The position numbers and the translations under genes are program-made. Below, piece after piece: positions 36,331 through 46,253 of a stretch of DNA of 64,000 bases. The notes beneath the pieces are model-generated. The model ran no database searches. It saw only the letters and a list, made by a program, of their open reading frames with translations, and was not told where the DNA came from. The DNA is from an uncultured Flavobacteriales bacterium (GTDB taxonomy: Bacteria; Bacteroidota; Bacteroidia; Flavobacteriales; BACL11), in NCBI GenBank assembly GCA_905478765.1, contig CAJQJY010000012.1:371-64370 (forward strand), written 5' to 3'. Within the stretch, counting starts at the first letter, position 1. Every line of letters starts with the position of its first letter.

Positions 36331-37207
36331 TGCTTCCAGTTTTGTAAAACATAAATAGCAGAACAACCACAGAAGCAAAAGAGAAAAGAGCCATCATAGG
36401 GTCAACCTCTACATCTGAAAGAACTGAATACACCCCACTATCTGCTTTAAAAGTAGGATAAGAAAAAATAACTGCCTGAGCATTATTTGCAAAATGAGCT
36501 AGTATTGGTAACCACAGACTTCCACTCCAGTAAAATAGATATCCTAATAACACTCCTAAAATAAACCTAGGAAGGAAACCCTGAAAATGCAAATGTATAG
36601 CTGAGAAAAGCACAGCCGTTACAATTATTGCAACATGAGGGTTTGATAACCACTTAGAAAATGATTGCTGCAAATAACCTCTAAAAAGCAATTCCTCACC
36701 TATTGCAGGTACAATTGCTATAACTAAAAGATTAAAGAGTAAATCTCCTAAATGATTCATCTTTAAGAAAGACTCCACGATTTTTTCAGAATCATTCCCT
36801 AAGCGTAAAATCCAATCAGGAAAGGGAATGCTCATATTCATTTCTAACAACCAACCAATAAAAGGAGTAATGAGCATCATTATAACTATTACCAAAAATG
36901 CAGATTGTCTATTAAAGTTAAAAAGGAGTTTATAATCAAAATCCGTAAGATAGGCATATAATAAAGTTGGAGCAACAAATAAGCCAATCGCGCTAAAAAG
37001 TTGTAAAAACTTTAAATAATTAACTGCAACTTGATTGCCTAAATCTTGTGACAGTCCAAAATCAGAAAAGAAAAGAACAATTGCAGAACCAACCAAAGTA
37101 TGCAGTATTACCGATACAAAAATCAATAAAAACAAAATTCCAATTTTAGTTGCTGATGACTTATCTTTATAAATTCCTTTAAATCCCATTATTGTGTATT
37201 TTTGCAA
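36317..37207 (-). CDS. CPBP family intramembrane glutamic endopeptidase (CAAX protease-like)
   Basis: Motifs GEELLFRG, FSAIH, HFANN. Polytopic. Confidence 0.85.
   Translation of the reverse strand: MQKYTIMGFKGIYKDKSSATKIGILFLLIFVSVILHTLVGSAIVLFFSDFGLSQDLGNQVAVNYLKFLQLFSAIGLFVAPTLLYAYLTDFDYKLLFNFNRQSAFLVIVIMMLITPFIGWLLEMNMSIPFPDWILRLGNDSEKIVESFLKMNHLGDLLFNLLVIAIVPAIGEELLFRGYLQQSFSKWLSNPHVAIIVTAVLFSAIHLHFQGFLPRFILGVLLGYLFYWSGSLWLPILAHFANNAQAVIFSYPTFKADSGVYSVLSDVEVDPMMALFSFASVVVLLFMFYKTGSIKKD
37197..37204 (+). promoter_or_regulatory. -7 box TATTTTTG for dusB
   Basis: TAnnTTTG, 8 nt upstream of the ATG at 37213. Confidence 0.45.
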
Positions 37208-37212
37208 ATATT

Positions 37213-38208
37213 ATGGGCGTAAAGATAGGAAATATTGATGTAGGGGAATTCCCTTTACTATTGGCACCAATGGAAGATGTGAGTGACCCTCCTTTTAGGG
37301 CACTATGTAAGGAACACGGAGCTGATGTAATGTTTACTGAATTCATATCATCAGAAGGATTAATAAGACATGCTGATAAAAGCACAATGAAGCTAGATAT
37401 CTATGATTTTGAACGTCCTATTGGGATCCAAATATTTGGCTACAACATAGAATCAATGCGAGAGGCTGCTGAAATATGTGAAAGGGCAAGGCCAGAATTT
37501 ATTGACATCAACTATGGTTGTCCAGTGAAAAAAGTAGCCAACAAAGGTGCTGGAGCTGGCATCCTTAAGGACTTACCTAAAATGGTGGCAATGACCAAAG
37601 AAATTGTTGAGGCTACTAATATCCCTGTAACTGTTAAAACTCGCTTAGGTTGGGATGACAATACAAAGTACATAGTTGATGTTGCGGAAAGCTTGCAAGA
37701 TGTAGGTATACAAGCGCTTTCTATACATGGGCGTACACGAAAACAAATGTATAAAGGAGAAGCCGATTGGACCTTGATTGGAGATGTGAAAAATAATCCT
37801 AGAATGCATATTCCTATCTTTGGAAATGGAGATATTGATAGTCCTGAAAAAGTAGCAATGGTCAAAGATAAATATGGAGTAGATGGTGTGATGATTGGGA
37901 GAGCAAGCATAGGAAACCCTTGGATATTTAATGAAATAAAACATTACCTCAACACAGGAGAATATTTAGCTCGCCCAACATTGGAAGATAGAGTAATTGC
38001 TTGCAAGCAACACCTAAAACATTCTATTGAGTGGAAAGGGCAAATATTAGGAATTGCTGAAATGAAACGCCACTATACCAATTACTTTAAAGGAATTCCA
38101 CACTTTAAGGATTACCGTATAAATATGGTAACTTCTGATAGTCCAGAAGAAATACATGCTATACTAGAAAAAGTTGCAAGAGAGTTTGCAGGAGTTGAGA
38201 TAAAATAA
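37213..38208 (+). CDS. dusB: tRNA dihydrouridine synthase B
   Basis: Start moved to MGVKIGNIDV. LAPMEDVSDPPFR, INYGCPVKKV, HGRTR. Confidence 0.9.
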   Translation: MGVKIGNIDVGEFPLLLAPMEDVSDPPFRALCKEHGADVMFTEFISSEGLIRHADKSTMKLDIYDFERPIGIQIFGYNIESMREAAEICERARPEFIDINYGCPVKKVANKGAGAGILKDLPKMVAMTKEIVEATNIPVTVKTRLGWDDNTKYIVDVAESLQDVGIQALSIHGRTRKQMYKGEADWTLIGDVKNNPRMHIPIFGNGDIDSPEKVAMVKDKYGVDGVMIGRASIGNPWIFNEIKHYLNTGEYLARPTLEDRVIACKQHLKHSIEWKGQILGIAEMKRHYTNYFKGIPHFKDYRINMVTSDSPEEIHAILEKVAREFAGVEIK

Positions 38209-38213
38209 GAGAG

Positions 38214-39419
38214 TTAAAACAACTTCTTAGTCAATATTTTGGCAGGATACCAAGATGCTAAAAATCCGATTAGAATTACAGTAGTACTTACAAGTAAAAC
38301 ATCATTTAGCTTAATAGCTACTGGATAAGCATCAACTACAAAGGAGCCATTTCCCATACCAATAAAACCAAAATTCTGTTGTAGGAAAGCAAGTCCCAAA
38401 CCAACTGAAAGCCCAATAACAGTACCTGCAATAATTGTCAGAGCACTTTTATTAAGGAAAATTTGTTGTACTTCATTTCTTGTAGCTCCTAAACTTCTAA
38501 AAGTCTGGATATCTTTCTTTTTATCAAGCATTAACATACTTAAAGCTCCAATAATATTGAAGGTAGCAATTATCATAATAAATGCCAAGATTAAAAAGAC
38601 AGCTAGCTTTTCAGTATTCAATATCTTATACAAGAATTCTTGTTGCTCTAATCTATTCTGAACAATAAAAATATCACCCAATTCTTTTTGGAGTTCTTGC
38701 TGCACTGCTAACATCTCATCAGCATTTTTTAGTTTTATTTCTACTGCAGAAATTTCATTTTCTCTATCAGCAAGATTTTGAATAAAAGCCAAAGGGGTAA
38801 TGGTGAACTGTTCATCAATCTCAGCTTGTATGCCAAAAACTCCAATAGGCAAAACACTTCCTTGCTTAAAAGCAGTAGTAGGATTTAATAAAGTTTTACT
38901 ATTTCTATTAGGAACATATACTTGTAACTGCTCAAACATATTCCCAACTCCCATAGAAAGGTAATAAGCTACTCCCCTTCCAACAATAGCAATATTGGTG
39001 TTTTCATATTTATTCAAATACTCGCCATCTACTAGCAAACTATCAAAATTAGTAAGGGTTAAATAATTTTCATCAACCCCTTTTATAGTAGCTATATATT
39101 CTTTTTCTTGATACTTTAAAAGCACTTTTTCCTCCAATACAAATGATGATTTTTCAATTGCATCATTATCTAATACTGATTGCACTTTATCAGGATTAAA
39201 TACTTTTCCTTCAGCAGAAGTAATTTTTAAATGAGGATCGAATGAATTGTACATACTAAGGATTAAATCCTCAAAACCATTAAAAACCGAAAGTACCAAA
39301 ATAAGTGCAGCAGTACCAATAGTTACCCCTAGCAAAGAAACCCATGAAATAATATGAACAAAATTGCTACTTTTCTTAGTAGAAAAATACCTTTTTGCAA
39401 TAAAAAATGGGAAATTCAC
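38214..39419 (-). CDS. FtsX-like ABC transporter permease (LolC/E-like)
   Basis: 401 aa: TM1, a large periplasmic domain, and three C-terminal TM helices. Same operon as rbfA. Confidence 0.75.
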   Translation of the reverse strand: MNFPFFIAKRYFSTKKSSNFVHIISWVSLLGVTIGTAALILVLSVFNGFEDLILSMYNSFDPHLKITSAEGKVFNPDKVQSVLDNDAIEKSSFVLEEKVLLKYQEKEYIATIKGVDENYLTLTNFDSLLVDGEYLNKYENTNIAIVGRGVAYYLSMGVGNMFEQLQVYVPNRNSKTLLNPTTAFKQGSVLPIGVFGIQAEIDEQFTITPLAFIQNLADRENEISAVEIKLKNADEMLAVQQELQKELGDIFIVQNRLEQQEFLYKILNTEKLAVFLILAFIMIIATFNIIGALSMLMLDKKKDIQTFRSLGATRNEVQQIFLNKSALTIIAGTVIGLSVGLGLAFLQQNFGFIGMGNGSFVVDAYPVAIKLNDVLLVSTTVILIGFLASWYPAKILTKKLF

Positions 39420-39425
39420 TTGTCT

Positions 39426-39764
39426 TTATTTTTTCAAGAGGGTTTCAATTTCCTCAGCATAAGCTGCTGAATCATCTAAAAAGAACTCCAAAATTGGAAC
39501 TATCCTTAATTGGTGCCTTACACTTTCCCCTAGTCTTTTTCTTATCAAACCACTATACTCTTTAATAAGTTTTAATGCTTCTGCAGGATCAGTAGCTGGA
39601 AATATACTGACAAATATATTAGCATTTGCTAAATCAGGAGACATACGCACAATAGTAACACTTACCATAATATTACCTAAAAAGCCCGGAGCTTCCTTTT
39701 GTAAAATTATTGAAAGTTCCTTTTGAATGAGTCTAGCTACTTTTTTTTGTCTTGTTGTTTCCAT
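39426..39764 (-). CDS. rbfA: ribosome-binding factor A
   Basis: 112 aa. TRQKKVARLIQKELS..VTIVRMSPDLANANIFVS. Confidence 0.9.
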   Translation of the reverse strand: METTRQKKVARLIQKELSIILQKEAPGFLGNIMVSVTIVRMSPDLANANIFVSIFPATDPAEALKLIKEYSGLIRKRLGESVRHQLRIVPILEFFLDDSAAYAEEIETLLKK

Positions 39765-39789
39765 AAGTGCAAAAATACGGAATATTCCC

Positions 39790-39797
39790 TACTTTTG
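39790..39797 (+). promoter_or_regulatory. -7 box TACTTTTG for the ABC exporter gene
   Basis: TAnnTTTG, only 4 nt upstream of the ATG at 39802. Confidence 0.45.
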
Positions 39798-39801
39798 CGC
39801 T

Positions 39802-41622
39802 ATGCATTATTTCTTAAGAATAGTTAGATATATAAAACCCTACACGCCATTTGCAGTAATGAATATTCTGTCGAATATTTTAAGTGTTTTATTTTCATTA
39901 GTATCACTTACAATGGTAATTCCATTCTTAGGAATACTATTTGAAACGCAAGAAAAGGTTTACAATCCGCCACCTCTTAGTCTTAATGCAGATGCCATAA
40001 AAGAAAATTTTTATGCTATAATAAGTTCAACAATTGATGATAAAGGGAAAGTAGAAGCCCTACTTTTTATCTGTATTTTAGTGCTTGTTACCTTCTTTTT
40101 CAGAAATCTGTTTCGCTATTTAGCGCTTTTCTTTTTAACTCCCATCAGAAATGGAGTAGTACATGACCTAAGAATGGATTTGCACAAAAAAATAATCTCA
40201 TTGCCCCTGCCCTTTTTTACTGAGAAAAGAAAAGGAGATTTAACTGCAAGGCTTACTTCTGATTTAGTGGAAATTGAATGGAGTATTATGAGTTCATTAG
40301 AGATGATTTTTAAAGACCCGTTAAGCATTATCATTTACCTAATGACGCTTATTTTTATAAGCCCTGAACTGACTACTTTTGTAGTTATACTTTTTCCTGT
40401 TACTGGATTAGTAATTGGCGTAATCGGTAAATCATTAAAAAAGTCATCTGATAGAGGGCAAAACAAAATGGGAGATTTACTTTCAATTATTGATGAAAAT
40501 ATATCTGGGCTCAGAATAATAAAAGCTTTTAATGCTGAAAAGCACATCAATAATAATTTTCAAAAGGATAGTAATGAGTACAGAAGTATAATGACCAAAC
40601 TACTCAGAAAAAAAGACTTATCTTCTCCAATGAGTGAATTTCTTAGCACCATTGTAATGGTAATAGTTATGTGGTTTGGTGGACAATTAGTTTTAAGTGC
40701 TGATGGCTCACTTTCGGCACAAGAATTTATTGGTTACATATTGATTTTCTCTCAGATAATTCCTCCTGCAAAATCATTAACGGGTTCCTATTATCATATA
40801 CAAAAAGGAAGTGCATCAGCACAAAGAGTCTATGAAATATTAGATGCTAAAAATGAAATTACGGATGTAGAAAATCCGAAACATATAAAGCTACTTAACA
40901 ATAATATTGAATTCAGAAACTTAACATTTAGTTATGAAAACACTAATGTTTTAAGTGATATCAATTTTAAAATTGGGAAAGGGAAAATGATTGCTTTAGT
41001 AGGGCAATCAGGAAGTGGGAAATCAACTTTAGCTGATTTAATAGCTCGATTCTATGATATTGAAAATGGTGAAATACTCATTGACAACAATAATATTAAG
41101 GAAATAGCCCTTGCTGATTTAAGAAGTTTAATGGGAATTGTTAGTCAGGAATCCATACTATTTAACGATACTATTTTAAATAATATCCGATTAGGGAAAT
41201 TAGATGCCACTGAACAAGAAGTAATGGAAGCAGCAAAAGTTGCCAATGCACATGACTTTATTTTAGAAACTGAAAATGGGTATAACACCAATATAGGTGA
41301 TAGAGGAAATAAACTATCAGGAGGGCAAAAACAAAGATTAAGCATTGCAAGAGCAATACTTAAAAACCCTCAGATATTAATCCTGGATGAAGCAACCTCA
41401 GCATTAGATACTGAATCAGAAAAACTAGTACAAGAAGCTCTAGAAAATTTAATGCATCAAAGAACTTCCTTAGTAATTGCACACAGATTATCTACCATCC
41501 AAAATGCTGATGAAATTATTGTTTTGGATGCTGGAAAAATAATTGAGAGAGGAACACATCAAGAATTAATTGCACAAAACGGACATTACAAAAAGCTTTC
41601 CGACTTGCAGAGTTTTGCTTAA
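39802..41622 (+). CDS. ABC transporter permease/ATP-binding protein (MsbA-like exporter)
   Basis: Start moved to MHYFLRIVRYIKPY. Six TM helices, Walker A GQSGSGKST, signature LSGGQKQR, Walker B ILILDEATSALD. Confidence 0.88.
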   Translation: MHYFLRIVRYIKPYTPFAVMNILSNILSVLFSLVSLTMVIPFLGILFETQEKVYNPPPLSLNADAIKENFYAIISSTIDDKGKVEALLFICILVLVTFFFRNLFRYLALFFLTPIRNGVVHDLRMDLHKKIISLPLPFFTEKRKGDLTARLTSDLVEIEWSIMSSLEMIFKDPLSIIIYLMTLIFISPELTTFVVILFPVTGLVIGVIGKSLKKSSDRGQNKMGDLLSIIDENISGLRIIKAFNAEKHINNNFQKDSNEYRSIMTKLLRKKDLSSPMSEFLSTIVMVIVMWFGGQLVLSADGSLSAQEFIGYILIFSQIIPPAKSLTGSYYHIQKGSASAQRVYEILDAKNEITDVENPKHIKLLNNNIEFRNLTFSYENTNVLSDINFKIGKGKMIALVGQSGSGKSTLADLIARFYDIENGEILIDNNNIKEIALADLRSLMGIVSQESILFNDTILNNIRLGKLDATEQEVMEAAKVANAHDFILETENGYNTNIGDRGNKLSGGQKQRLSIARAILKNPQILILDEATSALDTESEKLVQEALENLMHQRTSLVIAHRLSTIQNADEIIVLDAGKIIERGTHQELIAQNGHYKKLSDLQSFA

Positions 41623-42788
41623 TACAAAAAGTTATTATAAGGATATCTTATCTCGTGTAACTGTTTAATTCTACTGTACATTTCATCTTTCAACTCATCA
41701 AAATGAGTTTTATTAAGTGCCGAAATAAACATAGCGTTTCCTTCCATTTTCGCCATCCAAGTTTTCTTCAAATCTTCCAATGATAGATTTTCAGGAAGTA
41801 CAGGGGTCAAATCATCTTCTTCCTTTTCAATAAAAGTATAAGCATCAATTTTATTAAAAACTAAAAGTGTTGGTTTATCTCCCACTTTAAGTTCAGCTAA
41901 AGTTTGGTTTACAACTTCAATATGATCTTCAAAATAAGGACTTGCAATATCAACCAAATGAATTAATAAATCAGCTTCCCTCACTTCATCTAAAGTAGAC
42001 TTAAAACTTTCTACCAATTGATGAGGAAGCTTTCTGATAAACCCAACTGTATCAGTTAAAAGAAAAGGTAAATTTCCAATTACAACTTTACGCACAGTAG
42101 TATCAAGGGTAGCAAAAAGTTTATTCTCTGCAAATACTTCTGATTTTGCTAACTTATTCATCAAAGTAGATTTTCCTGCATTGGTATAACCAATAAGGGC
42201 TACTCTGATTAAATGTTCACGCCCCTTTCTTCTAGTTGTTGATTGCTTATCAATTTTTACCAACTTCTTTTTTAAAAGAGCTATTTTATCATTAATAATC
42301 CTTCTATCGGTTTCAATTTGAGTTTCTCCTGGCCCTCTCATTCCAATTCCCCCTTTTTGTCTTTCAAGGTGAGTCCACATTCTGGTAAGTCTGGGTAATA
42401 AATATTGATATTGAGCCAACTCTACTTGAGTACGAGCTTGAGCAGTTTGGGCTCTACTCGCAAAAATATCAAGTATTAAATTACTTCTATCAAGTATCTT
42501 AGTTTCCTCTCCAAATAACTTTTCAATATTCCTGATTTGTGAAGGATTTAAATCATCATCAAAAATGATGAGTTTAATATCATTTTCCTCAGCAAATAAT
42601 CTTACTTCCTCAATTTTACCCTTACCTAAAAAGGTTTTATTATCAGGATGTTTTAGTTTTTGCGTGAAATTTCTGATAGGTTCAGCCCCTGCAGTTTTAG
42701 CCAAAAAAGCCAATTCATCTAAATATTCGTATGCTTGCTCCTGAGTAACATCAGGACTTATTAAGCCAATTAATACGGCTTTTTCCAT
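41619..42788 (-). CDS. hflX: GTPase HflX
   Basis: G1 motif GYTNAGKST, then DTVGF and NKID. HflX N-terminal domain present. Confidence 0.9.
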   Translation of the reverse strand: MEKAVLIGLISPDVTQEQAYEYLDELAFLAKTAGAEPIRNFTQKLKHPDNKTFLGKGKIEEVRLFAEENDIKLIIFDDDLNPSQIRNIEKLFGEETKILDRSNLILDIFASRAQTAQARTQVELAQYQYLLPRLTRMWTHLERQKGGIGMRGPGETQIETDRRIINDKIALLKKKLVKIDKQSTTRRKGREHLIRVALIGYTNAGKSTLMNKLAKSEVFAENKLFATLDTTVRKVVIGNLPFLLTDTVGFIRKLPHQLVESFKSTLDEVREADLLIHLVDIASPYFEDHIEVVNQTLAELKVGDKPTLLVFNKIDAYTFIEKEEDDLTPVLPENLSLEDLKKTWMAKMEGNAMFISALNKTHFDELKDEMYSRIKQLHEIRYPYNNFLY

Positions 42789-42824
42789 ATTAAATTTAGG
42801 ATTTAAATGTAAATATTAAAAAAA

Positions 42825-43193
42825 TTATGATTTTTTTCTATTTGAAATAAAATTTCTAATAAAAGTAATCATTGCTAAAATACTAGTTAATATCATAAGA
42901 GAAACCCTAAAAACACCAAGACTTCTACCCTCTTCAATAGCAGTTAGTAAAGGCTTAGTAACATTTCCTAATAGGGCAATTAATGTTAGTAAAACAGCAA
43001 CATGAGCAATAATTTTGTTCTCATTTTTTATTCCTTTGTGGCATAGCAATAAAGTAAAACCTAAAAAAAGTGGAATAAGAGCGGTTACTGATTGTTCAGG
43101 CTTTTCTAATGTGCCTTCGTAAGTCAAATAAGCCCATAAAGGCATTAAAATTAAAGTTAATGCATTTAATAAATTCGCTTGATAAGTTTTCAT
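42825..43193 (-). CDS. hypothetical membrane protein (four TM helices)
   Basis: 122-aa hydrophobic ORF with no recognisable motif. Confidence 0.5.
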   Translation of the reverse strand: MKTYQANLLNALTLILMPLWAYLTYEGTLEKPEQSVTALIPLFLGFTLLLCHKGIKNENKIIAHVAVLLTLIALLGNVTKPLLTAIEEGRSLGVFRVSLMILTSILAMITFIRNFISNRKKS

Positions 43194-43271
43194 ATTATTA
43201 TTTTTTATAATAGCAAATTAACAAATAATATTCAACATATTTTGGTATTTTCACGGCTTTAATTTTACATT

Positions 43272-46253
43272 ATGAAGACAATCAGAATAGTTGCTCTACT
43301 ATTTATTACACAGTCAGTTTTGGCGCAAGAGACATTTCCTGTAAATGGAGTTTCAAATAATTTTGAGCCAATTTATGCATTTACTAATGCACATATAGTT
43401 TTAAATCCAACTACTGAAATCCCTAATGGAACTTTACTAATAAAAGGAAATGAAATTATTGCATTAGATAGTAATCTTAATATTCCAAAAGGAGCAATAA
43501 TTAAAGATGTAGCTGGCGATTACATCTACCCTTCATTTATTGATTTGTATTCGGATTACGGATTAAAAGAAGTGCAAAGAGGAAAATACAATTACCGCCC
43601 ACAATATGATAGCAAAAAAGCGGGTGCATATCATTGGAATGAAGCGATACACCCAGAGATAAATGCAAGTACAGAATGGAGTAAATACAATTCAGAAGCA
43701 AAACCTTATTTAGAAAATGGATTTGGAGCTGTGCTTTCGCATGCTAAAGATGGAATAGCAAGAGGTACTGCTACTTTTGTTGCTTTATCAGACAAAACTG
43801 ACAATGAGAATATTTTAATTAAAGATGCTGCTGCTTTTTATTCTTTAAAAAAGGGGGTTTCCAAACAAAAAAATCCATCATCTTTAATGGGAAGTATTGC
43901 TTTATTGAGGCAAACTTATTTTGATGCTGAGTGGTATGAATTACAAAATTCTCAAACTAATTTATCTTATAATTCTTTTATCAATCAGCAAGAATTACCG
44001 CAATTTTTTGCAATTAATGATGAACTAGATTACAATAGGGTTTATAAGATTGCTGAGGAATTTGAAATTGATTACATCCTAAAAGGAAGCGGGAAAGAGT
44101 TCTTGCGAATTGATGAAGTTGCAAATACTGAATTTCCAATAATTATTCCGATTAACTTTCCATCTTCCTATGATGTAAGTAACCCTGAAACTACTGAATG
44201 GATAAGTTTGCAAAATCTTAAAACCTGGGAAAGCGCACCTTACAACCCTGCTATATTAGCTAAAAATGGAATAGAATTTTGCATAACTGCTGCTGATTTA
44301 AAAGATTCGAAAAGCTTTTTAAAGAACCTAAGATTAGCAATTACAAAAGGGCTTAATAAAGGTGATGCTCTTGCTGCTTTAACTACTACCCCTGCAACTT
44401 TAATTGACATTAATGATAAAGTTGGATCACTTGCAAAGGGGAAACTGGCTAACTTTTTTATTGCTTCAAAAGATATTTTTGAAAATGGAATAATTTACGA
44501 AAACTGGACTCTAGGAGAAAAGCATATTATCAATAAAAAACAAGAAATAGATGTAAGAGGTTATTACACTTTTATTGCTAATGAATTTGAAAATAACTTA
44601 GTCGCAATTGAAGGGACAAATGCAAAACCTAAACTGACTTTATTTCATTTAGACTCAATAGCTTTAACTACTTCATTAAGTGGTAACAACATTACTTTCT
44701 CAAATCCTAACGGAACATTCAGAGCTAGTGGTAAATATAATAATGGACATATAATTGGGAATTATCAAGACTCATTAGGGAATTATCACTCATTTAGAAT
44801 GCAAAGAGATTCTTTATTTGAAAGTAAAGAGGATCAATTTGAATTAGTGATTGACAACAATACTCCTTCAGTTTGGTTCCCGAATAAAGCTCATGGTTTT
44901 GCAGACACACCTCAGTATAAAAATGTGCTGTTTAAAAATGCAACTGTCTGGACAAATGAAGAAATTGGAATTTTGCAAAATACTGATGTCGCAATATCAG
45001 AAGGAAAAATTATTGCTATTGGAACATTATTAAACCCTAATGATTATTTTTCAGAAGAAGAATACCAAACAATAGATGCATCAAACTATAATTTGACTTG
45101 TGGGATTATTGATGAGCATTCTCATATTGCCATTAGTAAAGGGGTAAATGAAGGGAGCCAAGCAGTTACTGCTGAGGTAAGTATTGCTGATGTTATTAAC
45201 CCAAATGACCATAATATTTACAGACAATTAGCAGGAGGAACAGTCGCTTCTCAGTTACTTCATGGATCTGCAAATCCTATTGGAGGACAAGCTGCAATGG
45301 TAAAATTGAGATGGGGTGCAAATGCAGAAGAAATGAAGATAGCTGGAGCAGATGGTTTTATAAAATTTGCTCTTGGTGAGAATGTAAAACAATCCAACTG
45401 GGGTAATTTTGAAAGAATTCGTTTTCCTCAAACAAGAATGGGTGTTGAACAAGTATTTTATGATGCTTTTTACAGAGCAAAAGCATATCAAAAACAGTGG
45501 GAAGATTACAACAATCTTAGCCAAAAAGAAAAAAGAAATACCACACCTCCAAGAGAAGATATTGAGCTTAATACTTTAGTTGAAATCTTAAATTCTGAAC
45601 GATTTGTAACTTGTCATTCTTACATACAATCTGAGATAAATATGCTAATGCATGTTGCCGATTCTATGGGTTTTACCGTAAATACTTTCACTCATATTTT
45701 AGAAGGATATAAAGTTGCTGATAAAATGCAAGAACATGGAGTTGGCGGCTCTACTTTTTCTGATTGGTGGGCTTACAAATTTGAAGTAAATGACGCCATA
45801 CCTTACAATGCAACTCTACTGAATAATGCAGGAGTAATTACTGCAATTAATTCTGATGATGCAGAAATGGGAAGAAGATTAAATCAAGAAGCAGCTAAGG
45901 CTGTAAAATATGGAAGAACATCTGAAGAAGATGCTTGGAAAATGGTAACTTTAAATCCTGCCAAATTATTGCATCTTGATGCTCATATGGGCTCTATCAA
46001 AGTTGGAAATGATGCTGATATTGTTCTTTGGACTGATAATCCTCTATCTATTTATGCTAAGGTTGTTCAAACGTATGTTGATGGGAAACTGATGTTTGAT
46101 GTAGAGGTTGATAAAGAACTTAGAGCTAGAGATAAAGCTGAAAGAATGCGAATCATTAAATTGATGAGTGAAGATAAGAATGGGGGGAAGAAAAGAAAAC
46201 CTCAACCAACTAAAGAAATATTATATCATTGCGATACCGAACATGAAGAATAG
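43272..46253 (+). CDS. secreted amidohydrolase family protein (two amidohydrolase-like modules)
   Basis: Signal peptide. The N-terminal module has YPSFIDLYSDYG (HxH lost). The C-terminal module has GIIDEHSHIAISKG (HxH intact) and GSIKVGNDADIVLW. Confidence 0.8.
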   Translation: MKTIRIVALLFITQSVLAQETFPVNGVSNNFEPIYAFTNAHIVLNPTTEIPNGTLLIKGNEIIALDSNLNIPKGAIIKDVAGDYIYPSFIDLYSDYGLKEVQRGKYNYRPQYDSKKAGAYHWNEAIHPEINASTEWSKYNSEAKPYLENGFGAVLSHAKDGIARGTATFVALSDKTDNENILIKDAAAFYSLKKGVSKQKNPSSLMGSIALLRQTYFDAEWYELQNSQTNLSYNSFINQQELPQFFAINDELDYNRVYKIAEEFEIDYILKGSGKEFLRIDEVANTEFPIIIPINFPSSYDVSNPETTEWISLQNLKTWESAPYNPAILAKNGIEFCITAADLKDSKSFLKNLRLAITKGLNKGDALAALTTTPATLIDINDKVGSLAKGKLANFFIASKDIFENGIIYENWTLGEKHIINKKQEIDVRGYYTFIANEFENNLVAIEGTNAKPKLTLFHLDSIALTTSLSGNNITFSNPNGTFRASGKYNNGHIIGNYQDSLGNYHSFRMQRDSLFESKEDQFELVIDNNTPSVWFPNKAHGFADTPQYKNVLFKNATVWTNEEIGILQNTDVAISEGKIIAIGTLLNPNDYFSEEEYQTIDASNYNLTCGIIDEHSHIAISKGVNEGSQAVTAEVSIADVINPNDHNIYRQLAGGTVASQLLHGSANPIGGQAAMVKLRWGANAEEMKIAGADGFIKFALGENVKQSNWGNFERIRFPQTRMGVEQVFYDAFYRAKAYQKQWEDYNNLSQKEKRNTTPPREDIELNTLVEILNSERFVTCHSYIQSEINMLMHVADSMGFTVNTFTHILEGYKVADKMQEHGVGGSTFSDWWAYKFEVNDAIPYNATLLNNAGVITAINSDDAEMGRRLNQEAAKAVKYGRTSEEDAWKMVTLNPAKLLHLDAHMGSIKVGNDADIVLWTDNPLSIYAKVVQTYVDGKLMFDVEVDKELRARDKAERMRIIKLMSEDKNGGKKRKPQPTKEILYHCDTEHEE

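Noticed and set aside
17092-37910. Long antisense ORFs in the track (17092-17451, 24814-25218, 27844-28209, 32905-33369, 37512-37910, 37645-37944)
   Set aside because: Each lies wholly inside a strongly supported gene on the opposite strand (dCMP deaminase, panC, radA, flavin reductase, dusB). They have no motifs and a composition typical of shadow frames.
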